A stretch of 64,000 nt of DNA from an uncultured Bifidobacterium sp. (GCF_959020145.1 NZ_CAUEQY010000004.1:13433-77432), one strand, 5' to 3'; counted from the stretch's first letter, positions 50,133 to 60,912 are shown. Notes: generated by a model not told the origin, from the letters alone. Made by a program: numbers and translations.

Positions 50133-50731
50133 CACAGCGCGCCCTTCGTGCTGGGAATGCCGTCGACGCGCGGATCGGGTTCGATGGCGAAACGCAATGC
50201 GCGGGCCAAAGCCTTGAATTCGGCTTCGGCGATGTGGTGCGGGTCGCGGCCGGAAATCACGTGCAGGTGCAGGCAGATGCCGGCATGCATGGCGATGGAT
50301 TCCATGACGTGGCGAACGAGCGAACCGGTAAAATGCCCGCCAATCATGCAGTATTCGAAGCCTTCCGGCTCTCCGGTGCACACGCAGTACGGGCGGCCGG
50401 AAATGTCGACGACGGCTTTGGCGAGTGCCTCGTCGAGCGGCACGGTGGCGTCGGCGAAACGGCGGATGCCACGCTTGTCTCCGAGGGCCTGCTTCAGAGC
50501 CTCGCCGAATACGATGGCGATGTCTTCGACGGTGTGGTGCGCGTCGATGTCGGTGTCCCCGGTGGCTTTGATTTTCAGGTCGATCAGCGAATGCTTGCCG
50601 AGCGCCGTCATCATGTGATTGTAGAACGGCACGGATGTGTCGATGTCGGTTTTGCCGGTTCCGTCGAGGTTGAGACTCAGCTCCACCTTGGATTCGCTGG
50701 TTTCACGAACGATGGTTGCAGTACGTGCCAT
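50132..50731 (-). CDS. hisB: Imidazoleglycerol-phosphate dehydratase
   Basis: [27 protein letters not shown]. Confidence 0.97.
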   Translation of the reverse strand: MARTATIVRETSESKVELSLNLDGTGKTDIDTSVPFYNHMMTALGKHSLIDLKIKATGDTDIDAHHTVEDIAIVFGEALKQALGDKRGIRRFADATVPLDEALAKAVVDISGRPYCVCTGEPEGFEYCMIGGHFTGSLVRHVMESIAMHAGICLHLHVISGRDPHHIAEAEFKALARALRFAIEPDPRVDGIPSTKGAL

Positions 50732-50744
50732 GTTGCGACTCCTT

Positions 50745-50786
50745 TTGCGATGTTGCAGTTGCGATATTACAGCTACGATATTGCGA
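50745..50786. repeat. Degenerate 14-bp tandem repeat (x3) in the hisC-hisB spacer
   Basis: TTGCGATGTTGCAG / TTGCGATATTACAG / CTACGATATTGCGA. Confidence 0.6.
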
Positions 50787-50901
50787 TTGCGGTGGTTGCG
50801 TCTTCCGCAGCCACCGCGATTCTGTTCTGTTTCAAGCTTATTGCCGAATACTGTCACGAACTTCCGTTCCGGACAGTATCCCAGCTTGCGTTCCGGCTTG
50901 T

Positions 50902-52077
50902 TCAGCCCTGTTCCACGATGCGCAGCACTTCGACCAACGCCTCACGGAACCGTGCCATTTCCTCGTCGGTGCCCATGCACACTCGCATCCAGCCTTCCGG
51001 ACCGACGACGCGGATGAGCACGCCGCGCTTCAACAGTTCGTCGAAGATGCGGTCGCGGTCGTCGAAATGGCCGCCGAAGAGAATGAAGTTCGACTGGGTT
51101 TCGGCCACTTCGAGCGGCTGGCCCTTGTAGGTCTGCTCCTTGAGCCATGCGGAGGTGGCGTTGCGGGTTTCGCGCAGGTGCGCCACGCGGCTCAGCTGTT
51201 CGTCGGTGTGTTCGAACGCGGCGAGGGCGGCGGCCTGGGTGACGGCGGACAGGTGGTACGGCATGCGCACGATGCGCACGCAGTCGATGATGCCCTTGTT
51301 GGCGGCCAGGTAGCCGACGCGTGCGCCGGCGAAGGCGAACGCCTTGCTCATGGTGCGGCTGACGGCGAGGTTTTCGTATTCGCCGATGAGTTCCAGCGCG
51401 GTGGGCGTGCCCGGATCTCGGAATTCGATGTACGCCTCGTCCACCACGACCACCGGATGCACGCCTTCGGCGGCGCCTGCCACTTCGGCGGTACGGGCGG
51501 CTTCGAGCACGCGCTTCAGATCTTCCGGCTTGAGCGGGGTGCCGGTCGGATTGTTCGGGCTGGTGAGCACGATCATGGCCGGCTTGACCTCTTCGATCGC
51601 CTTGATGGTGGCGTCCACGTCAAGCGTGAAGTCGGCGTTACGATGCGCAAGCTTCCACGTGGTGAACGTGTCGCGCGCGTATTCCGGATACATGGAGTAC
51701 GTCGGATCGCAGCCGAGCGCGATGCGGCCGGGGCCGCCGAACGCCTGGAACAGCTGCAGCATGATCTCGTTGGAGCCGTTGGCGCCCCACAACTGGTCGA
51801 CGCTGAGCTTCACGCCCGATTCGCGTTCCAGATATGTGGAGAACGCCTTGCGCAGTTCGATGTGCTCGCGGTCCGGATAACGGTTGAGCGTCGGGGCGAT
51901 CTCCTTGACACGCTGGGCGATGGTTTCCACCACGGCCGGTTCGGGCGCGTACGGATTCTCGTTGACGTTGAGGCACACCGGCACGTCGAGCTGCGGCGCG
52001 CCGTACGGTTCTTCGCCGATCAGGTCGTTGCGCAGCGGCAGATATGCCGGAATCGCGTTGCTGGAAGTCTCGCTCAT
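50902..52077 (-). CDS. hisC: Histidinol-phosphate aminotransferase
   Basis: [44 protein letters not shown]. Confidence 0.96.
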   Translation of the reverse strand: MSETSSNAIPAYLPLRNDLIGEEPYGAPQLDVPVCLNVNENPYAPEPAVVETIAQRVKEIAPTLNRYPDREHIELRKAFSTYLERESGVKLSVDQLWGANGSNEIMLQLFQAFGGPGRIALGCDPTYSMYPEYARDTFTTWKLAHRNADFTLDVDATIKAIEEVKPAMIVLTSPNNPTGTPLKPEDLKRVLEAARTAEVAGAAEGVHPVVVVDEAYIEFRDPGTPTALELIGEYENLAVSRTMSKAFAFAGARVGYLAANKGIIDCVRIVRMPYHLSAVTQAAALAAFEHTDEQLSRVAHLRETRNATSAWLKEQTYKGQPLEVAETQSNFILFGGHFDDRDRIFDELLKRGVLIRVVGPEGWMRVCMGTDEEMARFREALVEVLRIVEQG

Positions 52078-53474
52078 CGGAGGCCGGCCTGCTCTTCCTG
52101 TTCCTTGATGGTCGCCTTGTTGTACGGGTCGTCGATGAAGCGGCTCAGCACGCATTCGCCGTGTGCCGGCAGATCTTCGGAGACGGCGAAGGCGTTCACA
52201 CGGGCGGCGAGGGTCTTCAGTCCCTGCTCGTCGTATTCGATGACTTCGACCGGCTTCATGAAGGTGTGCACGCCGAGGCCGGCGGCGAAGCGCGCGGTGC
52301 CGGAGGTCGGCAGCACGTGGTTGGAACCGGACATGTAGTCGCCCAGCGGAACCGGGGAGTACGGGCCACGGAAGATGGCGCCGGCGTTGCGGATCTTGGC
52401 GATCACGGCATCCGGATCAGCGGTCTGCACTTCAAGGTGTTCGGCCGCGTACGCGTTGGCCGCGTCGATGGACTGTTCGATGCCGTCTGTGAGGATGATG
52501 CCGGACTGGCGGCCGCGCAGCGACGTGTTGACGCGCTCGGCGTGCTCGGTGCGAGGCACGCGGTACTTGAGGCTCTCCTGCACCTTGTCGGCGATGTCTT
52601 CGCTGTCGGTGATAAGCACGGAACCGGCGAGCTCGTCATGTTCAGCCTGGCCGATCAGATCGGCGGCGAGCCAGCTTGGGTTGGCACCCTTGTCGGCGAT
52701 GATGGCGATTTCGGTCGGACCGGCGACGGCGTCGATGCCGACGATGCCGGAGACCATGCGCTTGGCGGTGGCGACGAAGATGTTGCCCGGGCCGGTGATC
52801 TTGTCCACCGGATCGCACAGAATCTCGCCGTCCTGCGGTTCGGAGCCCTTGGCGCCGTAAGCGAACATGGCGATGGCCTGAGCGCCGCCGACCGCGTACA
52901 CCTCGTCCACGCCGAGGATGGCGCAGGTGGCGAGGATGGTCTTGTCCGGCAGGCCGTCGGAGTTGCTGCGGCTCGGCGGGGTGGCGATGGCCAGCGATTC
53001 GACGCCTGCGGCCTGCGCCGGCACCACGTTCATGATGACGGAGCTCGGGTAGACGGCCTTGCCTCCCGGCACGTACAGGCCGACGCGCTGCACCGGAATC
53101 CAACGTTCGGCGACGCGCGCGCCTTCGGCCAGGCCGGTGTGGAACGGGGCCGGCACCTGGGATGCGGATACGGCGCGGCAGCGGCGCACGGATTCCTCGA
53201 TGGCGGCGCGCACTTCCGGATCGAGCTCGTCGACGGCGGCCTTCATGGCCTCGACCGGCACACGCAGATGCTCGGGACGGATATGGTCGAACTTCTCCGC
53301 GAAGTCGCGCAGGGCCGCAGCGCCGCGGGCCTTCACATCATCGAGAATCGGCTGTACGAGCTCAGTGGCCTCGTTGGTGCCCATCTCGGCGCGGGGCATG
53401 GCTTCCAGCATTTCAGCTCGAGTCAGCTTCTTGCCGCGCAGGTCAATGATTCGCATATAGTTTTCTTCGCTCAT
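52074..53474 (-). CDS. hisD: Histidinol dehydrogenase
   Basis: GLYVPGG, GGAQAI, GPGN, AGPTE, QAEHD, EHL, GSNHVLPT. Confidence 0.97.
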   Translation of the reverse strand: MSEENYMRIIDLRGKKLTRAEMLEAMPRAEMGTNEATELVQPILDDVKARGAAALRDFAEKFDHIRPEHLRVPVEAMKAAVDELDPEVRAAIEESVRRCRAVSASQVPAPFHTGLAEGARVAERWIPVQRVGLYVPGGKAVYPSSVIMNVVPAQAAGVESLAIATPPSRSNSDGLPDKTILATCAILGVDEVYAVGGAQAIAMFAYGAKGSEPQDGEILCDPVDKITGPGNIFVATAKRMVSGIVGIDAVAGPTEIAIIADKGANPSWLAADLIGQAEHDELAGSVLITDSEDIADKVQESLKYRVPRTEHAERVNTSLRGRQSGIILTDGIEQSIDAANAYAAEHLEVQTADPDAVIAKIRNAGAIFRGPYSPVPLGDYMSGSNHVLPTSGTARFAAGLGVHTFMKPVEVIEYDEQGLKTLAARVNAFAVSEDLPAHGECVLSRFIDDPYNKATIKEQEEQAGLR

Positions 53475-53666
53475 AACGCCCCATGGTAACAACGCCAAGT
53501 CACGAGAACGTCCCGTCGTCTCACATTCAGCCGCATTGTGAGACACGCAGATCCGCCGTTTTCCATGCCATGCCGATTTCCGCGAAAAATATATGCCGGT
53601 CGACGCCATTCAGCATCGGCCGGCAATCAAAAACCTGTTCAGGTCAAACCGTTCAAGTCAAACCGC

Positions 53667-56600
53667 TCAGGCCAACGGAAGCGAGCTCGGTCCGAAGAGA
53701 ATCTTGATTTCGGCGAACAGCGACGTGTCGCGTTTGACGCGGAACCGGTCTCCGAACGTCAGCACCTTGGCGTTGCCTTTGTCGTCCATCAACGCCAGTT
53801 TCACCTCGCACGGGCCGGGATGGCTGGTCAGAATCTGCCCGAGCCGCCGCACATGCGACTGGTCGAGCGCGATCGGCGGCAGCACAATCGTCAGCGGACG
53901 TTCATCCTGCGCCTCCAACGTCGGCACGGTGAATTCGGTGGCGCGCATGCTCACTGTCTCATCGCGCTTCTCCACCTGGCCGCGGATCTGTACCACGGTG
54001 TCGACGGCGAGCTCGGGCGCGGCGGCCTCGTACACCTTGCCGAAGAACATGCATTGGATGGAACTTTCCAGATCCTCGACGGTTACGATGGCCCACGGAT
54101 TGCCCTTTTTCGACACGCGGCGGTCCACGTTCGTGATCAGGCCCGCGATCGTCACCTGCTGGCCGTCCGGCATGCTTCCCGCGCGGTCGATCAGGTGCGC
54201 TATCGACATTTCGCGCAACGACACCAGAATCGACTGCATGCCGCTCAACGGATGGTCGGACACGTACAGGCCAAGCATCTCACGTTCGAAGTTGAGCTTG
54301 GTTTTCTTGTCCCACTCCTCCACGTCGGGCACCTGCACCATGGCGTCTCCCATGGCGGAATCGTTCTCTTTGGAATCGTCCAGGTCGGCGAACAGGTCGA
54401 ACTGGCCTTCCGCCTGCTTGCGTTTCAGGCCGACGACCGAATTGATGGCCGTTTCGTGGATGGTGAACAGCGCACGACGGTTCGGGTCGATCGAGTCGAA
54501 CGCGCCGGCCTTGATCAGCGATTCCACCAATCGCCTGTTCAGCGCCTCCAACGGCACGCGTTTGATGAAATCGGTGAAGTTCACGTACTTGCCGTGGCCG
54601 TTCTCACGTTCCGCGATGATCGCATCGACCGCGTTCTTGCCGACGTTGCGGATGGCGCCGAGGCCGAATCGCACGACGTCGCCGACTGCCGAATACTCGT
54701 ACACCGACTCGTTCACGTCCGGAGAAAGCACCTGGATGCCCATGCGTCGCGCCTCGCCCAAGTACAGCGCGGTCTTGTCTTTGTTCGTGCTGGCGCCTTG
54801 CAGCAGGGCGGCCATGAACTCCACCGGATAATGCGTTTTCAGATACGCGGTCCAGTAGGAGATCAAACCGTATGCGGCCGAATGCGCCTTGTTGAACGCG
54901 TAGCCGGAGAACGGTACGAGGATGTCCCACACGGCCTGCGCGGCCTCTTCGGAATATCCATGCTCCTTCATGCCGGCGAAGAACGGAATCTTCTCCTTGG
55001 CCAGCACTTCCGGCTTCTTCTTGCCCATCGCTCGACGCAGCACGTCTGCCTTGCCCAGCGAATAGCCGGCGAGGATTCGCGCCGCGGACTGCACCTGCTC
55101 CTGGTAGACGATCAGACCGTAGGTCTCGTCGAGCACTTCCTTAAGCGGTTCGGCCACTTCGGGGTGGATTGGCGTGATCTTCTGCAGACCGTTCTTGCGC
55201 TTCGCATAGTTGGTGTGCGAATCCATATCCATCGGACCTGGACGGTACAGCGCGATCAGTGCGGAAATATCGTTGAAGTTGTTCGGCTTCAACGTTTTCA
55301 GCAGCGAGCGCATGCCGTCGGAATCGAGCTGGAACACGCCGAGCGTGTCGCCACGGGACAGCAGGTCGTAGGTGGGGCGGTCGTCCAGCGGAATCTTCGT
55401 ATGGTCGATGCGTTCCTTGCCGTTCGCCTCGATATTGTTCAGGGTGTCTCGGATCACCGTCAAGTTGGAAAGTCCGAGGAAGTCCATCTTGACCAGACCG
55501 AGCGTTTCGCACGTATGGTATTCGAGCGTGGTGGTGACGGTGCCGTCGGTACGTTCCAGCAGCGGCGACGTGTTGGTGATCGGCTCGCTGCCCATGATGG
55601 TGGCGCAGGCGTGCACACCGGTCTGACGAATCAGACCTTCGATGCCCATCGCCTCGTCCGTGATGCGTTTCGCGTCCGGGTCGGAATCGTACAGTTCGCG
55701 GAATTCGCGTGCTTCCGCGTATCGTTTCGCGCTTGGGTCGAAGATGTCGTGCAGCGGAATGTCCTTGCCGCCGGTCTGTGCGGGAGGCAGGGCTTTGGTG
55801 ATCTTGTCTCCGACGGAGAAGTCGTATCCCATGATGCGGGCGGAGTCCTTCAGCGCCTGCTTGGTTTTGATGGTGCCGTAGATCACGCACTGCGCCACTT
55901 TGTCACGTCCGTATTTCTCACCCACGTAGTCGAGCACGCGTCCACGACCGTCCGGGTCGAAGTCGACGTCGATATCAGGCAGTGAGACACGTTCCGGATT
56001 GAGGAATCGTTCGAAGATCAGACCGTGTTCAAGCGGATCAAGTTCGGTGATGCCCATCGCATACGCGACCATGGCGCCTGCGGCGGAGCCACGGCCCGGC
56101 CCCACCATCACGCCGTGGGCCTTCGCCCAGTTGATGTAGTCGGCCACGACGAGGAAGTAGCCGCAGAACTGCATCTGGCAGATCACGCCGCATTCGTAGT
56201 CGGCCTGCCGCAGCACTTCGAGCGACGGCTTGCCGTTGTACCGGCGTTCCAGGCCTTCCTCGACCTTCTTCAGGAACAGCGACGTCTCGTCCCAGCCTTC
56301 CGGACAGTCGAATTGCGGCATGAACGCGCCGTCTTCATGATCGTCGAACATGACGTTGCAGCGTTCGGCGATCTCCAACGTGTTGTCGCACGCTTCGGGA
56401 AGGTCTTTGAACAGTTCGCGCATTTCCTCGGCGGATTTGATGTAGTAGCCGGTGCCGTCGAATTTGAATCGGCCCGGCTCGTCCAGCGTGGAGCCGGAGT
56501 TGATGCACAGCATGGCGTCCTGCGCGCCGGCGTCTTCGGCACGCGTGTAATGGGAATCGTTGGTGGCCAGCAGCGGCGCGTTGAGCTTTTTTGCGATGTC

Positions 56601-57257
56601 GAGCAGCCCGTCGGTCACTTGCTTTTCGATTTTCAGGCCGTGGTCCATGAATTCGATGTAGAAATTATCGCGGCCGAAAATGTCTTGGAATTCGCCGGCG
56701 GCACGCAACGCGTCATCGAACTGGCCCAGGCGCAGACGAGTCTGGATGATGCCCGACGGGCAGCCGGACGAGGCGATGATGCCTTTCGAATATTTGGCGA
56801 GGATTTCCTTATCCATACGCGGATAGCGCATGACTCGGCCTTCAAGGTTCGCGTCGGTGGAGGCTTTCATGAGGTTGACGAGGCCTTCGTCGTTTTCTGC
56901 CCACATGGTCAGGTGGGTGATGACACCGCCGCCGGACACATCATCCGGGTTACGGCGGCGATGCAGCGGATCCAGATCCGGATTCCAGTTGGTGTCCCAG
57001 CTCACACGGGTGGGGTCCTGACGTGCGGTTTCCGGCGTCACATAGGCTTCGATGCCGATGATCGGCTTGATGCCGGCGTTGACCGCGGCGCTCCACATCT
57101 CATACGCGCCATGCATGTTGCCGTGGTCGGTGATGCCGACGGCCGGCATGCCCAGTTCCTTGGCGCGCTTGACCAGATCCGGTATTTTCGATGCGCCGTC
57201 GAGCAGCGAATAATGCGTGTGATTATGCAGTTGCACGAAATTTGCGGAAGTAGCCAT
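53667..57257 (-). CDS. dnaE: DNA polymerase III alpha subunit
   Basis: PHP domain HNHTHYSLLDG, GPGRGSAAG, PDIDVDF, FNKAHS, OB fold. No intein evident. Confidence 0.98.
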   Translation of the reverse strand: MATSANFVQLHNHTHYSLLDGASKIPDLVKRAKELGMPAVGITDHGNMHGAYEMWSAAVNAGIKPIIGIEAYVTPETARQDPTRVSWDTNWNPDLDPLHRRRNPDDVSGGGVITHLTMWAENDEGLVNLMKASTDANLEGRVMRYPRMDKEILAKYSKGIIASSGCPSGIIQTRLRLGQFDDALRAAGEFQDIFGRDNFYIEFMDHGLKIEKQVTDGLLDIAKKLNAPLLATNDSHYTRAEDAGAQDAMLCINSGSTLDEPGRFKFDGTGYYIKSAEEMRELFKDLPEACDNTLEIAERCNVMFDDHEDGAFMPQFDCPEGWDETSLFLKKVEEGLERRYNGKPSLEVLRQADYECGVICQMQFCGYFLVVADYINWAKAHGVMVGPGRGSAAGAMVAYAMGITELDPLEHGLIFERFLNPERVSLPDIDVDFDPDGRGRVLDYVGEKYGRDKVAQCVIYGTIKTKQALKDSARIMGYDFSVGDKITKALPPAQTGGKDIPLHDIFDPSAKRYAEAREFRELYDSDPDAKRITDEAMGIEGLIRQTGVHACATIMGSEPITNTSPLLERTDGTVTTTLEYHTCETLGLVKMDFLGLSNLTVIRDTLNNIEANGKERIDHTKIPLDDRPTYDLLSRGDTLGVFQLDSDGMRSLLKTLKPNNFNDISALIALYRPGPMDMDSHTNYAKRKNGLQKITPIHPEVAEPLKEVLDETYGLIVYQEQVQSAARILAGYSLGKADVLRRAMGKKKPEVLAKEKIPFFAGMKEHGYSEEAAQAVWDILVPFSGYAFNKAHSAAYGLISYWTAYLKTHYPVEFMAALLQGASTNKDKTALYLGEARRMGIQVLSPDVNESVYEYSAVGDVVRFGLGAIRNVGKNAVDAIIAERENGHGKYVNFTDFIKRVPLEALNRRLVESLIKAGAFDSIDPNRRALFTIHETAINSVVGLKRKQAEGQFDLFADLDDSKENDSAMGDAMVQVPDVEEWDKKTKLNFEREMLGLYVSDHPLSGMQSILVSLREMSIAHLIDRAGSMPDGQQVTIAGLITNVDRRVSKKGNPWAIVTVEDLESSIQCMFFGKVYEAAAPELAVDTVVQIRGQVEKRDETVSMRATEFTVPTLEAQDERPLTIVLPPIALDQSHVRRLGQILTSHPGPCEVKLALMDDKGNAKVLTFGDRFRVKRDTSLFAEIKILFGPSSLPLA

Positions 57258-57320
57258 GCGTTCCAATTTAGCTGGGCTTCATGACGGCGTGGAGTCGTTT
57301 CTGGCCGTCCGGCCACACTT

Positions 57321-58250
57321 TTATAGGGACTGGTCGGCGTGCCGTGCGCGCATCACGTCAAGCGCATGCTGCAGGTCGGCGGGATAGTGCGATTTCACCG
57401 TGGTCCACACGTGCGTACGCGGATGGCGGAATTCCAATTGCATGGCGTGCAGCCATTGCCGTTCAAGGCCAAGCGCCTCGCTCAGCTGCGGATTCGCGCC
57501 GTACATGGCGTCCCCCGCCAACGGATGCCCGATGGATGAGAAATGCACGCGGATCTGATGGGTGCGGCCGGTTTCCAGGTTCACGGATACGAGCGTGGCT
57601 TCGCCGAAACGTTCCATCACGTCCCAATGCGTGATGGCCTCTTTGCCGGCCGGTGTCACGCAGAAGCGGAAGTCGGAGACTTTGGCGCGTCCGATCGGCG
57701 CTTCGATGGTGGCTTTGTCTTCTTTGAGATTGCCCTGCACGAGTGCGTGATATGTTTTGACGACCTCATGTTCGGCGAACTGCCGGCGCATCTCCACGTA
57801 CGCAAGATCGGACTTGCATACGAGCATCAGTCCCGATGTGCCCACGTCGAGTCGTGACACGATGCCTTGACGACCTGCCGCGCCATATGACGTGATGTGC
57901 ACTCCCCTGTCGATCAGGCTGCCAAGCACCGTCGGACCGGTCCATCCGACGGATGCGTGCGCGGCGACGCCGACCGGCTTGTCCACCACGACCACATCGT
58001 CGTCCTCATAGACGACGGCCATGTCATGGGCGATCGGTTCCGGTTCGGACCGTTCCTCGACGATGTCGAATTCTACGGTTTCGCCTGCCTGCAGGGTCGA
58101 CGATTTGGAAATGTCCCTGCCGAGCACGCGCGCCTGTCCGCTTTCGATGAGGTCGGCCGCCTTGGCCCGGGAAATGCCAAGCATTTTGGCGACCGCGACG
58201 TCGAATCGTTTGCCGACGAGCGCGTCGGGAGCGGGTACGAGACGGCTCAT
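57321..58250 (-). CDS. rluD: RluA/RluD-family pseudouridine synthase
   Basis: S4-like N-terminus, DKPVG, SRLDVGTSG, TGRTHQIRVH, LHA. Confidence 0.9.
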   Translation of the reverse strand: MSRLVPAPDALVGKRFDVAVAKMLGISRAKAADLIESGQARVLGRDISKSSTLQAGETVEFDIVEERSEPEPIAHDMAVVYEDDDVVVVDKPVGVAAHASVGWTGPTVLGSLIDRGVHITSYGAAGRQGIVSRLDVGTSGLMLVCKSDLAYVEMRRQFAEHEVVKTYHALVQGNLKEDKATIEAPIGRAKVSDFRFCVTPAGKEAITHWDVMERFGEATLVSVNLETGRTHQIRVHFSSIGHPLAGDAMYGANPQLSEALGLERQWLHAMQLEFRHPRTHVWTTVKSHYPADLQHALDVMRARHADQSL

Positions 58251-58822
58251 GCTGCTTTCGCCCCGTCGTCGGTTGCGTTCGCATCATCACCAAGCGTCTT
58301 GCCGTTGGCCTCGTCAAGGTCCTTTTGGCTGAACGGTTCCCCGAGGAACAGCAGCAGCACCGCCGCAACGCCCGCGAGCATGAGGAAGATGTCCGCCACG
58401 TTGCCGATGGACCATCCGTAGTTCAGGAAATCCACGACCTTGCCGTTGAGGAACCCTTCCGCGTAGATGACGCGGTCGATGAGGTTGCCGAACGCTCCTG
58501 CGAAGGCGAAGGCGAACAGCACCGTCCATTTCATGGAAATGGTGCGGACGGCAAGTACGACCAACGCCACGCAGGCCGCCATCGCCAGCAGGGAAATCAG
58601 CCACGTCATGCCGGAGCCCATGCCGAGCGAGGCGCCTGGATTACGCACCAATGTCAACGAAAGCAGGCCGGGAATCACGCGTATGGTACGGCCATCGGCC
58701 AATGCGGACAAAGCCCACATCTTGGTGAGCTGGTCAATCGCGATCGCCGCGATCGCAATACACGCAAAGACGGCCACGCGGTCGCGCAGCCGTCTTTGAT
58801 CATTCTTCATGATGTCAGACAC
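58247..58822 (-). CDS. lspA: Lipoprotein signal peptidase
   Basis: DQLTK, NPGAS, GAFGNLIDR, VVDF, NVAD. Confidence 0.95.
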   Translation of the reverse strand: MSDIMKNDQRRLRDRVAVFACIAIAAIAIDQLTKMWALSALADGRTIRVIPGLLSLTLVRNPGASLGMGSGMTWLISLLAMAACVALVVLAVRTISMKWTVLFAFAFAGAFGNLIDRVIYAEGFLNGKVVDFLNYGWSIGNVADIFLMLAGVAAVLLLFLGEPFSQKDLDEANGKTLGDDANATDDGAKAA

Positions 58823-58831
58823 AGGCTAATC

Positions 58832-60430
58832 TCAGTCGTTGTTGTCCTGAGGGTCCTGGTCGTAGTTGTTCGTATCGGACACCTGGTTGACGAGCTGGCC
58901 GAGGAAGTCGGTGAGTCGTGCACGGTATTCGGTTTCGAACTGCTTGAGGCCCTTGATGTTGCCTTCGATGACCTTGGTCTGGGTCTCGAGGTTGTCGCGG
59001 ACCTGCTGGGCGTAGTCGTCGGCAGCGGTACGGGTCTTCGAATCGTAGTCGAAGGCGCGCTTCTGCACTTCGGCCTCGTAGTTGTCGGCCTCGGTGTGCT
59101 TGTCGGAGAAGTACGTGTCGGCGTCCTGGGTCTTCTGAGCCAGGTAGCCGTCGCCCTCTTCCTGCTTCTGCGCGAAGTAGGCGTCGCCCTCCTGCTGCTT
59201 CTGCTCCAGATAAGCGTCGCCATCCTGCTGCTTGCCGGCCAGATAGGCATTGCCTTCCTCGGTCTTCTGCGCAAGGTAGGCGTCGCCCTCCTCGGTCTTC
59301 TGGTTCAGGTACGCATCGCCATCCTGCTGCTTCTGTGCCAGATAGGCATCGCCATCCTGGGTCTTGCCGGACAGGTAGTTGTCGGCGTTGGCGCGGGTGT
59401 CGGTGGAGTACTGGTCAGCCTCGGAACGAGTGCGGTTGGAGTAGTCGTTGGCGCTGCCGATGATCTCTTCGTACTTGCGCTGGCTTTCCTCGGTGATCTC
59501 CTTGGCCTTGGCCTTGCCCTTGTCGACGTACTGGTCGTGCAGCTGCATGGCCAGCGTCAGCATGGCGGTGGCGCGCTCCGGCTCGGTATTGGCGCTTGCC
59601 GCGGCACCTGCGATCTTCTGCAGGCTGCCGGTTTCGGTGCTCGGCTCGGACTTGGCGACCTGTTCGCGCAGCTGTGCCTCGCGAATCTGGGAATCCTTCA
59701 GCTGCTGGACAAGCTGCTGGATCTGCATGGCCTGCTGCTTCACCTGGGCATCCTGCTGCTGGGACTGGGCAGCATGCTCCTGAGTGAGCTGCTGGGCCTG
59801 AGCGACCTGGTCCTGCGCTTCCTGAAGCTTTGCGGTGAGCTGATCGATCTGCTCCTTCTGACGCTGAGCCACGACCACCTGCTCCTGGGCCGATGCCAGC
59901 TGACGGGACAGGTCCTCGGTCTGTGCGCGGAACGTGTCACGCTCGTGCTGCACGGCGGTAAGCTGCTCGCCAAGGTCGGCCTGACCGGCCGCTTCGGCTG
60001 CCTGGGCGGTGAGCTGATCGACCTGCGCGGACAGACGATCGATCTGCCCCTTGAGCTGCTCGTTCTGGGAAGACAGCGCACGATTGCTTTCCTCTGCCTC
60101 GGAAAGCTTGGCGGCCGCGGCCTGAGCGGCCTGAGCGGCCTGGTCTCCCGCACCAGCTGCCTGCTCGGAGGCGGACTTCAGCGTCGCGTTCTCCTGCTGC
60201 AGGGACTGGATCTGAGCATTCAACTCGGAAATCTTGGAATTGAGTCCTGCGACATCCGGGCCAAGAGACTGCGTGGCCTGTCCGCCGGCAACTGCCTGCT
60301 TGCCAAGGGCTTCCACCGTCTCGGTTACCTGATCGAGGAAGTCATCGACTTCATCGACGTCATAGCCTTCCTTGAACCTTACGGTCTGGAAAGTATGCTC
60401 CCTAATATCTTTCGGCGTCAACAGAGCCAT
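58832..60430 (-). CDS. divIVA: DivIVA/Wag31 family protein, extended
   Basis: LTPKDIREHTF..FKEGYDVDEVDDFLD, long coiled coil, C-terminal FETEYRARL. Confidence 0.93.
   Translation of the reverse strand: MALLTPKDIREHTFQTVRFKEGYDVDEVDDFLDQVTETVEALGKQAVAGGQATQSLGPDVAGLNSKISELNAQIQSLQQENATLKSASEQAAGAGDQAAQAAQAAAAKLSEAEESNRALSSQNEQLKGQIDRLSAQVDQLTAQAAEAAGQADLGEQLTAVQHERDTFRAQTEDLSRQLASAQEQVVVAQRQKEQIDQLTAKLQEAQDQVAQAQQLTQEHAAQSQQQDAQVKQQAMQIQQLVQQLKDSQIREAQLREQVAKSEPSTETGSLQKIAGAAASANTEPERATAMLTLAMQLHDQYVDKGKAKAKEITEESQRKYEEIIGSANDYSNRTRSEADQYSTDTRANADNYLSGKTQDGDAYLAQKQQDGDAYLNQKTEEGDAYLAQKTEEGNAYLAGKQQDGDAYLEQKQQEGDAYFAQKQEEGDGYLAQKTQDADTYFSDKHTEADNYEAEVQKRAFDYDSKTRTAADDYAQQVRDNLETQTKVIEGNIKGLKQFETEYRARLTDFLGQLVNQVSDTNNYDQDPQDNND
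58994..59455 (-). repeat. 14 x 33-bp (11-aa) tandem repeats within divIVA
   Basis: Core unit (D/E)GDAYLAQK(Q/T)(Q/E), with Tyr at position 5 of every unit. 462 bp = 14 x 33. Confidence 0.85.
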
Positions 60431-60539
60431 AAATCCTTACACCTCGCTTTGGGCTTGATGCCTTACTGTTGTTGCTTTCAGTGTTCGACTCTAGCACGAA
60501 ACCATAGATATTTTGCGGAAAAACGGTTTTTTAGAGGTG

Positions 60540-60821
60540 CTAAATAAGGAAATCAATGACCACAAGAACGAAATAAAGCACAAGATACGCGACGTCAAAA
60601 TAGATCGGTCCGAGCGGAACGGGACGAATATACTGCCGCAACCACCTTAACGGCGGCTCCGTCAGCTGGTAGATGGCGTCGAACAACGAGGCCACGATTC
60701 CGCTTGGCCGCCACGTCGGCGACAATGCCAACACCCAGTCGAGAATCATGCGGACGAACAGCACCAGGATATAGGCGTTGACCAGAAAATGGACGACGCT
60801 ACCAATTATCGAGAGAATCAC
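60540..60821 (-). CDS. YggT/YlmG family membrane protein
   Basis: YILVLFVRMILDW, LTEPPL..LR..I. Between sepF and divIVA. Confidence 0.88.
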   Translation of the reverse strand: MILSIIGSVVHFLVNAYILVLFVRMILDWVLALSPTWRPSGIVASLFDAIYQLTEPPLRWLRQYIRPVPLGPIYFDVAYLVLYFVLVVIDFLI

Positions 60822-60912
60822 GTTGCCACTGTATCAAGCGCGCATAACAAAATGCCCCCGCTTTCAGTGGGGGCATAATCGTCTGATTTGTGCTTGCTCT
60901 GTGCTACACGGC

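Noticed and set aside
53637..53670. 14-bp tandem repeat GTTCARGTCAAACC after the dnaE stop
   Set aside because: Only about 2.5 copies; most likely a local duplication.
56940..57030. Possible intein or intron in dnaE
   Set aside because: Only a short in-frame loop in the PHP domain; no intein splice motifs, and overall length is normal.
58994..59455. 33-bp periodic repeats as a possible CRISPR array
   Set aside because: Contiguous in-frame coding repeats with synonymous variation, no unique spacers and no cas genes.
58325..60547. Long plus-strand ORF (740 aa), and similar ones such as 53538-55985, 60778-62787, 14113-15894 and 23327-25144
   Set aside because: Antisense shadows of well-supported genes, expected in GC-rich DNA; no recognisable motifs.
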